Below, piece by piece: positions 1 through 8,250 of a stretch of DNA of 34,620 nucleotides. How positions within the stretch are numbered: the stretch's first letter is position 1; each line of letters begins with the position of its first letter. Below the pieces are notes generated by a model. It worked only from the letters and a program-made list of their open reading frames with translations. It was not told where the DNA came from and did not search any database. A program made the translations under genes and the position numbers. Source of the DNA: an uncultured Acidimicrobiaceae bacterium (GTDB lineage: Bacteria > Actinomycetota > Acidimicrobiia > Spongiisociales > ZC4RG35); the NCBI GenBank assembly GCA_964501055.1, contig CAZCRP010000003.1:1-34620 (forward strand), written 5' to 3'.

Positions 1-792
1 GGTGACGGCGAGCAGCTCGCCGGATCCTGGCTCGGAGTTCGCCGGCCCGGCATCAAGGACGGTCCACTCCCGCGTCCGGCGAAGACGTTCGATCACCCGC
101 CGCGCGCCGGCGATCTCCCGCCCGGAGTGCTCGGGGGCACCCACCAGCACGAGGGTCCCAGCAGCGAGACGCTGCAAGGCCGGGCTCAGGTCGCCGTCCC
201 CGTGATCGATCATCTCGATCGCCGTCACGAGGTTGGGATGCAGCTCCACCCCGAGCCGCTGCGCGAGGGAAGGTGGACTCGCCAGCTCCACCAACGCCGC
301 AGCCGGCAGCGTGCACGTCAGGGCGAGGGCGATCTCGGAGCCTCCCACTCCTGCGGAGACACCCGCCACTGTGACGAGCCAGCCCAGCGCAGGCGTAGCC
401 ATGGCGGCGGCGACCGGCTGGTGGTTGTCGCGCCGCCACGATGTGGCCGCTGGCGACCGGGCGAGGGCAACGAACTCTTCGGGGGTCTGATGCGCGCCGA
501 TCACCGTGTCGACGCCCGCGTCGAGCAGATGAGCCCGCCCGGCGGGCTCATCCCGGTCGTACACGCCGACGACGACCCGGCCACGGGACTGCTCGCGTCC
601 GACGAGCCCGCGGGTGAAGAACGAGCAGACGTCGTCGACGAAGAGCACGTCGTAGTCCTCTTCGTCGAGGTCGTGGGGCCCAAGGGCGGTCAGCCTCACT
701 CGGGCTCCGCCATGGTCCGCCAGCGTCTGGCGCAGCCGGTCGGGCCAGGGACGGGACGAGACGGCCAGCGCCAGCGTCGGCTCATCGGACAT
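1..792 (-). CDS. CpaE/TadZ (Ssd)-like protein: receiver-like N-domain plus degenerate MinD/ParA-type domain; 3' end beyond window edge
   Basis: Not in the ORF track (no stop inside the window). Manual translation from ATG at 792: MSDEPTLALAVSSRPWPDRLRQ...DYDVLFVDD...LVTVAGVSAGVGGSEIALAL...WTVLDAG. The frame is open to position 1, has a degenerate Walker A (GVSAGVGGS) and a 'VLD' Walker B-like strand, and overlaps the stop of the upstream CpaB-like gene. Confidence 0.65.
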   Translation of the reverse strand, partial: MSDEPTLALAVSSRPWPDRLRQTLADHGGARVRLTALGPHDLDEEDYDVLFVDDVCSFFTRGLVGREQSRGRVVVGVYDRDEPAGRAHLLDAGVDTVIGAHQTPEEFVALARSPAATSWRRDNHQPVAAAMATPALGWLVTVAGVSAGVGGSEIALALTCTLPAAALVELASPPSLAQRLGVELHPNLVTAIEMIDHGDGDLSPALQRLAAGTLVLVGAPEHSGREIAGARRVIERLRRTREWTVLDAGPANSEPGSGELLAVT

Positions 793-1486
793 CTTCCGCC
801 TCCCAGCGGTGTATGAGGACCCCCGGGGCAGGAGACCCGGTCGACCGGATCACCTGGATGTCGGCCACCTGCAGCGCGACCGACAGCATCAGGGCCGCGT
901 CCGCGTCGACGGCGAGCACGAGGTGGTAGCCGGACGACGGGGCGAACGAGCCCGACCGTTCGGCGGGCAGCGCCACCACCGGCACAGACACGAGGACGTA
1001 CCGGGCAACACCGTTCTCGACCGCGATCACATCGACCAGGTCTCCTGCTTCGAGGACGCCCCCCGCCGCGCGGGCGGCGTCGATGGGCAAGCTCATCAGT
1101 CGGAGACCGTCCCGATTCCGGCTGACGGTGAGCGAGTCGTGCGTCACGAGCCTGCCGGCGCCGATTCGCGCCGTGACGACGTTTCCTCGCAGCAGGTGGG
1201 CGGACGACTCCGTGACGAGGGAGGCAAGGAGCCGCGCCTCGGTCGCCATCGACACGAACTCGACGTGACGGTCGGGATCGAACTCGGTGCCGGGGAGGAG
1301 GTCGATGACGGCCACCGCCACCTGCGGCGGGAGCTCCGAGGGCCGGAGGACGGCCAGGTTGGCGACGAATGCCAGCGCTCCCGCCGAGAAGATCAGGATG
1401 TGAGCCGATGACAGGCGCGTCCACCAGCGACGCTTCGGCACCGCGAGGGGCTCGTTCCTGGCATCGACCCGTGGCAGCGAGCCCAC
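782..1486 (-). CDS. SAF-domain / CpaB(RcpC)-like Flp pilus assembly protein
   Basis: N-terminal TM helix, SAF-like 'VAVAVIDLLPGTEF', CpaB-like 'GGVLEAGDLVDVIAV' and 'LVLAVD'; AAGGAGG upstream of the GTG start. Confidence 0.75.
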   Translation of the reverse strand: MGSLPRVDARNEPLAVPKRRWWTRLSSAHILIFSAGALAFVANLAVLRPSELPPQVAVAVIDLLPGTEFDPDRHVEFVSMATEARLLASLVTESSAHLLRGNVVTARIGAGRLVTHDSLTVSRNRDGLRLMSLPIDAARAAGGVLEAGDLVDVIAVENGVARYVLVSVPVVALPAERSGSFAPSSGYHLVLAVDADAALMLSVALQVADIQVIRSTGSPAPGVLIHRWEAEDVR

Positions 1487-1575
1487 GGTGCCGAACGCCT
1501 CCTTACCCCTTCACATGTACTGACCGACGGGAAGACTACGGACCCGCCGCCAACTGAACAGAGTCGATTAGAGCC

Positions 1576-2112
1576 ATGTTTCGCGATCCAGACCGAGAGC
1601 ACCTGACCGAGCTCGCCGCTGACCTGCGGCGGGGCGAGGGAGCCGAGCTCATCGACGAACTGGAACTCGCCGAAGCGGAGACCGAGCTCGGCCGCCGGCG
1701 ACGGCGTCGCCTGACCGACCAGTGGGAAGCGACGATGCACCGGGGCGACTCGATCTCGGTCTGGACGACGTTTGGGCGGGTGGCGGGGCTGGTCGATTTC
1801 GTCGGCGCCGACTACGCCACCGTGATCCGCCACGACCTTTGCTGGGATCTCCGACTCGATCGCGGGGCGGTCACCGTCCACCGCGCCTCCCACGGCGGGC
1901 ATCGGGTGACCGGAGGCTCCCGCACCTTTCGCGCCAGGCTCGCCGAGTACGAGGCGACCGGCGAGATCGTGGAGCTCGTGCTGCCTGCGCTGAACCTGGA
2001 GCTCCGCGGCCGGGTCGCCGTGGCGGCCGTCGACCACGTGGTGGTGGAAGGCTCGGACGGGGCGACGACGGTTCCCACCGGGCTCATCGACGCCATCCGA
2101 CGCACCCTGTGA
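1576..2112 (+). CDS. conserved hypothetical protein (acidic helical N-terminus, two small beta-rich repeats)
   Basis: Clean 178 aa ORF divergent from cpaB; internal repeat GRVAGLVDFVGADYATV / LRGRVAVAAVDHVVV. Confidence 0.7.
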   Translation: MFRDPDREHLTELAADLRRGEGAELIDELELAEAETELGRRRRRRLTDQWEATMHRGDSISVWTTFGRVAGLVDFVGADYATVIRHDLCWDLRLDRGAVTVHRASHGGHRVTGGSRTFRARLAEYEATGEIVELVLPALNLELRGRVAVAAVDHVVVEGSDGATTVPTGLIDAIRRTL

Positions 2113-2179
2113 GCGATCGAACATACGTGAGCCACCGGCGCAGGCGGACACATACGCTGCACCACGACAGGAGCACGGC

Positions 2180-2743
2180 TTGGTCGTCCGCAGTGGACAG
2201 GAGACGCGATTCGATCGGATCTTCGATCGGCATCACGACGCGGTGCAGCGCTACTGCCTGCGCCGTCTCCCCTGGCACGAAGTGAACGACGTCGTCGCCG
2301 AGGTGTTCCTCGTGGCGTGGAGACGGATCGACGAGGCGCCCGAGTCTCGCGAGTTGCCGTGGCTGTACGGCATCGCCAAGAACGTGATCCGCAACGCCCA
2401 CCGCGCCCGCCACCGACAAGAGCGACTACGCACCAAGGTGAGCGCCCAGGGCGGCCTGACTTCCGAGCCGAGCGCGGAGGTCCACGTCGTGCGCAACGTC
2501 GAGGAGCAAACCGTCCTCGACGCGCTGGCGACCCTCCGGCACGCCGACCAGGAGCTCCTGCGGCTCAAGTGCTGGGAGCAGCTCAGCAACGGCGAGATCG
2601 CTGCGGTGCTGGGGGTGTCCACCCATGCGGTGGACATGCGGATCAACCGGGCACGCGGCCAGCTGGAACGGGCGCTCGCCCGCCCCCGCCCGACCGCCGA
2701 GGCACGGGCCTCCCGAACCGTCGTCAGAGGAGGGGAGCGATGA
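2180..2743 (+). CDS. ECF (sigma-70 family) RNA polymerase sigma factor
   Basis: Region 2 'DVVAEVFLVAWRR...PWLYGIAKN'; region 4 'ALATL...ELLRL..WEQLSNGEIAAVLG....VDMRINRAR'; AGGAG before the TTG start. Confidence 0.92.
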   Translation: MVVRSGQETRFDRIFDRHHDAVQRYCLRRLPWHEVNDVVAEVFLVAWRRIDEAPESRELPWLYGIAKNVIRNAHRARHRQERLRTKVSAQGGLTSEPSAEVHVVRNVEEQTVLDALATLRHADQELLRLKCWEQLSNGEIAAVLGVSTHAVDMRINRARGQLERALARPRPTAEARASRTVVRGGER

Positions 2744-3633
2744 CCGACACCATGCAGCGCCTCACCCGCGCCAACCCGATGCCTCCCAGGGCACCGCTGC
2801 CGGACGGGCTGCTGACGGCCGACGCTCTCCGCTCAGTCATCGACGAGAGGAGAGGAATCGTGCAGACGATCAAGCCACCCACCCACCAGCCGGACACCCG
2901 GCGGCCGCGCTGGCGACCAGCGGCCGCCATCGCCGCGTTCGCGGTCGTGCTCGTGGTCGTCGGGCTCACCGCGGTGCTCCGGCCCGGCGACCGTCCAGTG
3001 GCCGACGGAGGCTCGCAGGACGCACCCGCGGCGACCCCCACGGCGACACTCCCGCCCGTGACGGCGTCGCCGCTCGTCGGGGCGTCGCCGCGGGAAGTGG
3101 CGGAGGCCTATCTGGAGCGGGTGAACGCGGGGGACGTCGCCGGGGCACTGTCGCTGTTCTCCGACGAGTTCCGGGAGGGCGGCAGCGCCGGGTTCACCGA
3201 CGCCGAAGGCTTCCTGGTGTGGATCGCGGGCCGCTGGGCCCAGTACCACACGACCCTCGGCGGGACGATCGACCACGAATGCGCCGAGTCGACCCCGGAC
3301 GGCACGGTGGCGTGCCGGGTGAGGATCGAAGACGAGTTGAACAGGCGGTTGGACATCGCCGACTCCGAGTACGACTGGACCTTCCGCATCGAGTCGGGGT
3401 TGATCGCCGCCGGCTCCCCCTTCCCGCCACCGGCCAACGAAGGCACCGGCGAGAGTCGCTTCACCGAGTACGGGAGCGTGATGTCCCAGTACGACTCCTG
3501 GGGGCGGGACAACCACTTCGAGGAGTATCTCGCCGCCTGTCGGAGCGGGAGCGAGATCCCGAGTTGGTCGGAGTCCTGCGCGCAGTTCCGGCTCGCCCAC
3601 GTCGACGAGTTCCGGGACGCGGCCGGCAACTGA
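2740..3633 (+). CDS. putative anti-sigma factor: short cytoplasmic N-terminus, single TM, extracytoplasmic SnoaL/NTF2-like domain
   Basis: ATGA overlap with the sigma stop; TM 'AAAIAAFAVVLVVVGLTAVL'; Pro/Thr linker; 'EAYLERVNAGDVAGALSLFSD' NTF2-like start; four Cys. Confidence 0.7.
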   Translation: MTDTMQRLTRANPMPPRAPLPDGLLTADALRSVIDERRGIVQTIKPPTHQPDTRRPRWRPAAAIAAFAVVLVVVGLTAVLRPGDRPVADGGSQDAPAATPTATLPPVTASPLVGASPREVAEAYLERVNAGDVAGALSLFSDEFREGGSAGFTDAEGFLVWIAGRWAQYHTTLGGTIDHECAESTPDGTVACRVRIEDELNRRLDIADSEYDWTFRIESGLIAAGSPFPPPANEGTGESRFTEYGSVMSQYDSWGRDNHFEEYLAACRSGSEIPSWSESCAQFRLAHVDEFRDAAGN

Positions 3634-3643
3634 CGCCCGATCG

Positions 3644-3680
3644 GGTCATGGCGTATCGTCACCGGCGATACGCCATGACC
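3644..3680. repeat. perfect 15-bp inverted repeat overlapping the cyclase start codon
   Basis: ggtcatggcgtatcg (3644-3658) / cgatacgccatgacc (3666-3680). Confidence 0.85.
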
Positions 3681-4463
3681 AGACCCACCCACGGCCCCCA
3701 CGACGAAACCTGGCGCCAGGTCCTGACCGGCGAAATGCGCGTGCCGTTCGCCAGCCTGCTCGCCAGGCTCCCCGCCTCTCCCCGGTGCAAGCTGTGCCGG
3801 GCCCCGTTCCACGGCCCTTTTGCGCCGGCGCTCCGCCTCGCCGGATACAGTCGGTGGCCCCTCAACCAACAGCTCTGCCGGATGTGTATCCGCAAGATCG
3901 AAGACATGCCGGGTGGGGCGGAGGTCGAGCTGTCCCTCCTGTTCGCGGATATCCGCGGTTCCACCGAGTTGGCCGAGCGCCTCTCCCCCGGTGAGTTCTC
4001 GGGTCTGGTGAGCCGCTACTTCCAGCTGGCGTCACGGGCGGTGGACGAAACCGACGGAGTGGTCGATCATCTGGTCGGCGACGGGGTGATGGCGATGTGG
4101 ATCCCCGGCTTCTCCGGCGCGGACCACGCCGCCAGGGCGATCGTGTCCGGCCGCCGGCTGCTGGAATCCGTCAGCCTCGACGACGACCTCGACGGGCGAC
4201 TGGCCGTAGGGGCAGGCGTGCACACAGGGGTGGCGTTCGTCGGGGTGATGGGCACCGAAGGAGGGGTGCGGGACTTCACCGTGGTGGGGGATGCGGCCAA
4301 CACCACCGCCCGCCTCGGCTCGATGGCCGGACCGGGGGAATTGGTCGTGAGCGCCGAGGCCGCCACGGCGGGCGGACTCGAGACGAGCGGGCTCGCGCAC
4401 CGCCGCCTCGACCTCAAAGGGAAGGCGGATGCGGTCGAGGCATGGGTCGTGGCGGGATCCTGA
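3675..4463 (+). CDS. class III adenylate/guanylate cyclase with N-terminal CxxC...CxxC zinc ribbon
   Basis: 'LLFADIRGST', 'VDHLVGDGVMA', 'GAGVHTG', 'FTVVGDAANTTARL'; N-terminal CKLC...CRMC; alternative in-frame ATG at 3648. Confidence 0.88.
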   Translation: MTRPTHGPHDETWRQVLTGEMRVPFASLLARLPASPRCKLCRAPFHGPFAPALRLAGYSRWPLNQQLCRMCIRKIEDMPGGAEVELSLLFADIRGSTELAERLSPGEFSGLVSRYFQLASRAVDETDGVVDHLVGDGVMAMWIPGFSGADHAARAIVSGRRLLESVSLDDDLDGRLAVGAGVHTGVAFVGVMGTEGGVRDFTVVGDAANTTARLGSMAGPGELVVSAEAATAGGLETSGLAHRRLDLKGKADAVEAWVVAGS

Positions 4464-4469
4464 GCCGGA

Positions 4470-5141
4470 TCAGTCCCGGTCGATCTTGTCCTCGTCCCAG
4501 TAGTCCAGACGGTCGAAGGGCATCACGACTGCGGTGATGACATTCATCAAGTGGGCGGTGATCCGCTTGAGATGGCGGTTCAGCAGCGCCCGCGGGACGC
4601 CGTAGGTCGACGGTTGGGAGGAGTTCATCAGCGCGACCACGTTGGCGTCGTACTCGTCGAGCCAGGCGTCGGCGCGGTTGAGGGTGGCGGTGGCCCGCTC
4701 GATGTCGCGAGCAGTGAAGATGCCGGCGATCTCCGACAACAACCCGAGAGTCCGATCGAACAGCGGCGCGAACTCGGACAGGTGGAGCCCGTCGGGCATG
4801 TCCTCCACCTCCACCGCCACGTCCCAGATGTTCTTGGCGTAGTCGCCCACCCGCTCGATGTCTTTGACGATCGACATGTAGACCAAGACCAACGGCAGGT
4901 TCGCCCCCGCATGCACGCTCACATGGACCACCAGCTCCCGGCGGATCGAGCGCTCCGCCTTGTTCACGAGACGGTCGGTCTTGCGAACCTGCTTGCCGAT
5001 CTCCCGGGCGGAGACATCCGGGTCGAAGGCCGACACCGCCAGTTTCAGCACCTCTTCGCAGGTTCCCAGCATCGCCTCGATCTGCGGTTCGATGGCCTCG
5101 ACCGCCGATCCCGGCTGGCTCTTGAACAGTTCGAACACCAT
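4470..5141 (-). CDS. PhoU-domain protein
   Basis: PhoU repeats: 'DRLVNKAERSIRR', 'KDIERVGDYAKNI', 'HLKRITAHLMNV'; lies directly downstream of the Na/Pi transporter gene. Confidence 0.85.
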   Translation of the reverse strand: MVFELFKSQPGSAVEAIEPQIEAMLGTCEEVLKLAVSAFDPDVSAREIGKQVRKTDRLVNKAERSIRRELVVHVSVHAGANLPLVLVYMSIVKDIERVGDYAKNIWDVAVEVEDMPDGLHLSEFAPLFDRTLGLLSEIAGIFTARDIERATATLNRADAWLDEYDANVVALMNSSQPSTYGVPRALLNRHLKRITAHLMNVITAVVMPFDRLDYWDEDKIDRD

Positions 5142-5154
5142 GGGACGACCTCTC

Positions 5155-6303
5155 TCAGAAGACGACGATACCGATCAGGGGCAGCACGACGAAGGCTGCC
5201 AGGACGTAGAACAGGACGATCTGCTTGTGCTGTTGGGCGGCGGCGGCCAGCCGGCGGGCGAGACGGATCGGGATCTGGCGGACGACGGGGATGGGATAGA
5301 GCAACAGGATCCCAGTCAGGTTGAACAGCGTGTGGACGAGGGCGATCGTCAATGCCTCGGGACGGTCGGCCGCCAGCGACGCCAGCAGCGCGGTGATGGT
5401 GGTGCCGACGTTGGCTCCGAGGGTGACCGGATAGGCGTTGTCCAGGCTCAGCACCCCGGCGGCCACGAGGGGGATGAGGACCGAGGTCGTGATACTGGAG
5501 CTCTGCACGGCGACGGTGATCAGCACGCCCACCACCATCGCCCCGATGCCCAGGCCGCGGGAGAGCACGGCGTTGAGGGAGGCCTCGATCCTGCCCGCCA
5601 TCAGGCTGCGCATGTTGCGGGTGATCGATGCCAGCGCGAAGAAGATCAGCACCAGCCCGAATCCGAGCAGCACGAAGCCACGCACCGCCGGGAGCGGGCT
5701 GAGCGACTCGACCAGCCCGGTCAGCAGATCCACCGGCACCTTGATGGCGTCCTTGATGGGACTGGAAGGCGGGACGGCCGTGACCGAGACCTCCCCGTCG
5801 GACAACACGCCAGACAGAAACCCGGCGGACCGCGACAGGAAGCCGGTCGCCAGCTCGAGTGGCAGCAGGACTGCCACCGCGATCAGGTTGAAGAAATCGT
5901 GGATGGTGGCGGCTGCGAACGCCCGCCGGAACTCCAGGCCCTGGCGGATGTGCCCCAAGGCCGCCAGCGTGTTGGTGACCGTGGTCCCGATGTTGGCGCC
6001 CATGATCATCGGAACCGCCGCTCCGAGCGACAGCGCCCCCGAACCGACCAGCCCCACGATGGTGGCGGTCGAGACGCTGGAGGACTGGACGAGGACCGTG
6101 GCGAGGATGCCGGCGCTGACCGCGGCGATCGGCGAAGACACGAGGTCGAAGAGCCGTTCGGAGGTGTCTGCGCCGAAGGCGCCGATCCCCGACTCGAGCG
6201 ACTTGACGCCGACGAGGAACAGAAAGAGAAAGAACAACACCGCGACGGCCCGTATCCAGACCGTGGCCGTGCTCCGCCCGGCAGGACCAGTCGCTGTCTC
6301 CAC
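5155..6303 (-). CDS. Na+/phosphate cotransporter (NptA/SLC34 family)
   Basis: Two QSSS repeats ('LVQSSSVST', 'AVQSSSITT'), each followed by 'GANIGTT' or 'GANVGTT'. Confidence 0.93.
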   Translation of the reverse strand: METATGPAGRSTATVWIRAVAVLFFLFLFLVGVKSLESGIGAFGADTSERLFDLVSSPIAAVSAGILATVLVQSSSVSTATIVGLVGSGALSLGAAVPMIMGANIGTTVTNTLAALGHIRQGLEFRRAFAAATIHDFFNLIAVAVLLPLELATGFLSRSAGFLSGVLSDGEVSVTAVPPSSPIKDAIKVPVDLLTGLVESLSPLPAVRGFVLLGFGLVLIFFALASITRNMRSLMAGRIEASLNAVLSRGLGIGAMVVGVLITVAVQSSSITTSVLIPLVAAGVLSLDNAYPVTLGANVGTTITALLASLAADRPEALTIALVHTLFNLTGILLLYPIPVVRQIPIRLARRLAAAAQQHKQIVLFYVLAAFVVLPLIGIVVF

Positions 6304-6398
6304 GTGAGGCGGGAATGTAGCGACCTGGCGAACGGCCGGTGAACCCCGCCCTCTCCCGGCAAGCCGGAGGCGGGATCGTCTCGCCCCGGCGACACCGT

Positions 6399-6404
6399 TA
6401 CCGT
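6399..6404 (+). promoter_or_regulatory. putative -10 box (TACCGT) of a leaderless menB transcript
   Basis: TAnnnT 6 nt before ATG 6411; no Shine-Dalgarno sequence. Confidence 0.5.
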
Positions 6405-6410
6405 CCGGGC

Positions 6411-7316
6411 ATGGCTTCGATCTCCGAGCATTTCGACCCCGACCGCTGGGACCAGGTGGCCGGGTTCGACTTCACCGACATCACCTATCACCGGGCCAGG
6501 GGACTGGGAGCGGTGAGGATCGCCTTCGACCGTCCCGAGGTACGCAACGCCTTCCGACCGCACACCGTCGACGAGCTGTACACGGCGTTGGAGCACGCCA
6601 GGATGACATCCGATGTCGGTTGTGTGCTCCTCACCGGCAACGGCCCGTCTCCGAAGGACGGCGGGTGGGCGTTCTGCGCGGGAGGCGACCAGCGCATTCG
6701 CGGATCAGACGGGTACAAGTACGCCACAGGGACCGACGCCGCCGGCATCGACCCGGCGCGGCTGGGGCGGTTGCACATCCTGGAGGTGCAGCGACTCATC
6801 CGTTTCATGCCCAAGGTGGTGATCGCCGTCGTGCCGGGATGGGCGGTGGGCGGCGGCCACTCGCTCCACGTCGTCTGCGATCTCACCGTCGCCTGCCGCC
6901 AGCACGCCGTCTTCAAGCAGACAGACGCCGACGTTGCCAGCTACGACGCCGGGTACGGATCGGCCTACCTGGCCCGCATGGTCGGGCAGAAGAAGGCGCG
7001 CGAGATCTTCTTCATCGGCGCAGATCACTCTGCCGACGACGCCGAGCGGATGGGGATGGTCAACTCCTCGATCGACCACGACCGGCTGGAGGTGGTGGCG
7101 CTGGAGTGGGCGGCGGCGGTCCTGTCGAAGTCACCCACCGCCCAACGGATGCTCAAGTACGCCTTCAACCTGGCAGATGACGGGCTGGTGGGACAGCAGC
7201 TCTTCGCCGGGGAGGCCACCCGGCTCGGCTACGGCACCGAGGAAGCGGCCGAGGGACGCGATGCCTTTCTCGAGAAGCGGCGCCCCGACTTCTCCCGGTT
7301 CCCCTGGCACTACTGA
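6411..7316 (+). CDS. menB: 1,4-dihydroxy-2-naphthoyl-CoA synthase
   Basis: 'RPEVRNAFRP', 'FCAGGDQRIRG', 'GRLHILEVQRLIR', 'GGGHSLHVVCDL', 'QKKAREIFF'; actinobacterial-type MenB; start moved from 6339 to ATG 6411. Confidence 0.96.
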   Translation: MASISEHFDPDRWDQVAGFDFTDITYHRARGLGAVRIAFDRPEVRNAFRPHTVDELYTALEHARMTSDVGCVLLTGNGPSPKDGGWAFCAGGDQRIRGSDGYKYATGTDAAGIDPARLGRLHILEVQRLIRFMPKVVIAVVPGWAVGGGHSLHVVCDLTVACRQHAVFKQTDADVASYDAGYGSAYLARMVGQKKAREIFFIGADHSADDAERMGMVNSSIDHDRLEVVALEWAAAVLSKSPTAQRMLKYAFNLADDGLVGQQLFAGEATRLGYGTEEAAEGRDAFLEKRRPDFSRFPWHY

Positions 7317-8191
7317 TGCGTCACTGGATCGAAGCCGCCCGACCCCGCACCCTCCCGGCGGCGGTGGCCCCGGTCCTCGTCGGATCCGGGTTGGCGGCCC
7401 ACGACGAGGTCTACCGGAACGATGCCTTCCTGCTCGCCCTCGTCGGGGCGCTGGCCATCCAGGTGGCGGCCAACTTCGCCAACGACGTCTCCGATGCCGG
7501 GCGGGGCGCCGACGGGCCGGACCGGGTGGGGCCGACCCGGATGGTTGCCACCGGGCGGATTTCCTCCCGCGCCATGTGGACGGCAACGGCGGGAGCGGTG
7601 GGTGTGGCGGCGGCGGCGGGAGTGGGACTCACGCTCATCGCCGGCTGGCCGATCGTCGTCATCGGCCTCGTGTCCATCCTCGCCATGCTCGGCTACGTGG
7701 GCGGCCCCCGCCCCTACGGCTACCGGGCGCTGGGCGAGATCGCAGTGTTCGTCTTCTTCGGACTGGTGGCCACCGTCGGAACCCGCTTCGCCCACGGCGG
7801 CACCCTCCCGGGGGTCGACGCCTGGATCCTGGGAGCGGTGATGGGGGCGCTGGCGGCGGCGATCCTGGTGGCCAACAACCTGCGTGACCTCGAAACCGAC
7901 CGCCTGGCCGGCAAGCGCACCTTGGCGGTGGTGCTCGGCCGCCCTCGCACCCGCCGGGTCTACGCCTGGCTGGTATACGGCTCGTTCGTGGTGATCGGTG
8001 GTGCGGCGCTCGGCGGACTCACCCCCGTCCTCACGGGATTGGCCGCCCTGTGGGCGCCCTTCGCGGTGCGGCCGGTGGCGGTGGTGTCGACCACCGACGA
8101 TCCGCTCCGGCTGATCGGGGTGTTGGGAGCGACCGCCAGACTGCAGCTGCTCATAGGTGCCACCGTGGGGATGGCGGCTGCTTTCAGCTGA
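7316..8191 (+). CDS. menA: 1,4-dihydroxy-2-naphthoate prenyltransferase (UbiA family)
   Basis: 'WIEAARPRTLPA', 'NFANDVSD...GAD', 'NNLRDLETD...GKRTLAV'; TGATG overlap with menB. Confidence 0.95.
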   Translation: MRHWIEAARPRTLPAAVAPVLVGSGLAAHDEVYRNDAFLLALVGALAIQVAANFANDVSDAGRGADGPDRVGPTRMVATGRISSRAMWTATAGAVGVAAAAGVGLTLIAGWPIVVIGLVSILAMLGYVGGPRPYGYRALGEIAVFVFFGLVATVGTRFAHGGTLPGVDAWILGAVMGALAAAILVANNLRDLETDRLAGKRTLAVVLGRPRTRRVYAWLVYGSFVVIGGAALGGLTPVLTGLAALWAPFAVRPVAVVSTTDDPLRLIGVLGATARLQLLIGATVGMAAAFS

Positions 8192-8250
8192 ACCACCGGC
8201 CCGGCGCGGTGCCGGTAGGGTCGATCGTCGACGTGCGGGAGGTGCGGCGT

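Noticed and set aside
2117-2132. LexA/SOS-box-like tcgaacatacgtgagc upstream of the ECF sigma gene
   Set aside because: Left half matches CGAAC, but the right half (GTGAG) deviates from GTTCG at two positions; single weak site
3675-4463. Pycsar/CBASS-type defence cyclase
   Set aside because: No adjacent effector (TIR or cNMP-binding TM protein); housekeeping context
6344-6373. Hairpin cccgcc..ccgg-caag-ccgg-aggcggg between the Na/Pi transporter gene and menB as an ncRNA or riboswitch
   Set aside because: It lies between two divergent -10 boxes and is probably untranscribed; GC-rich stems arise easily by chance
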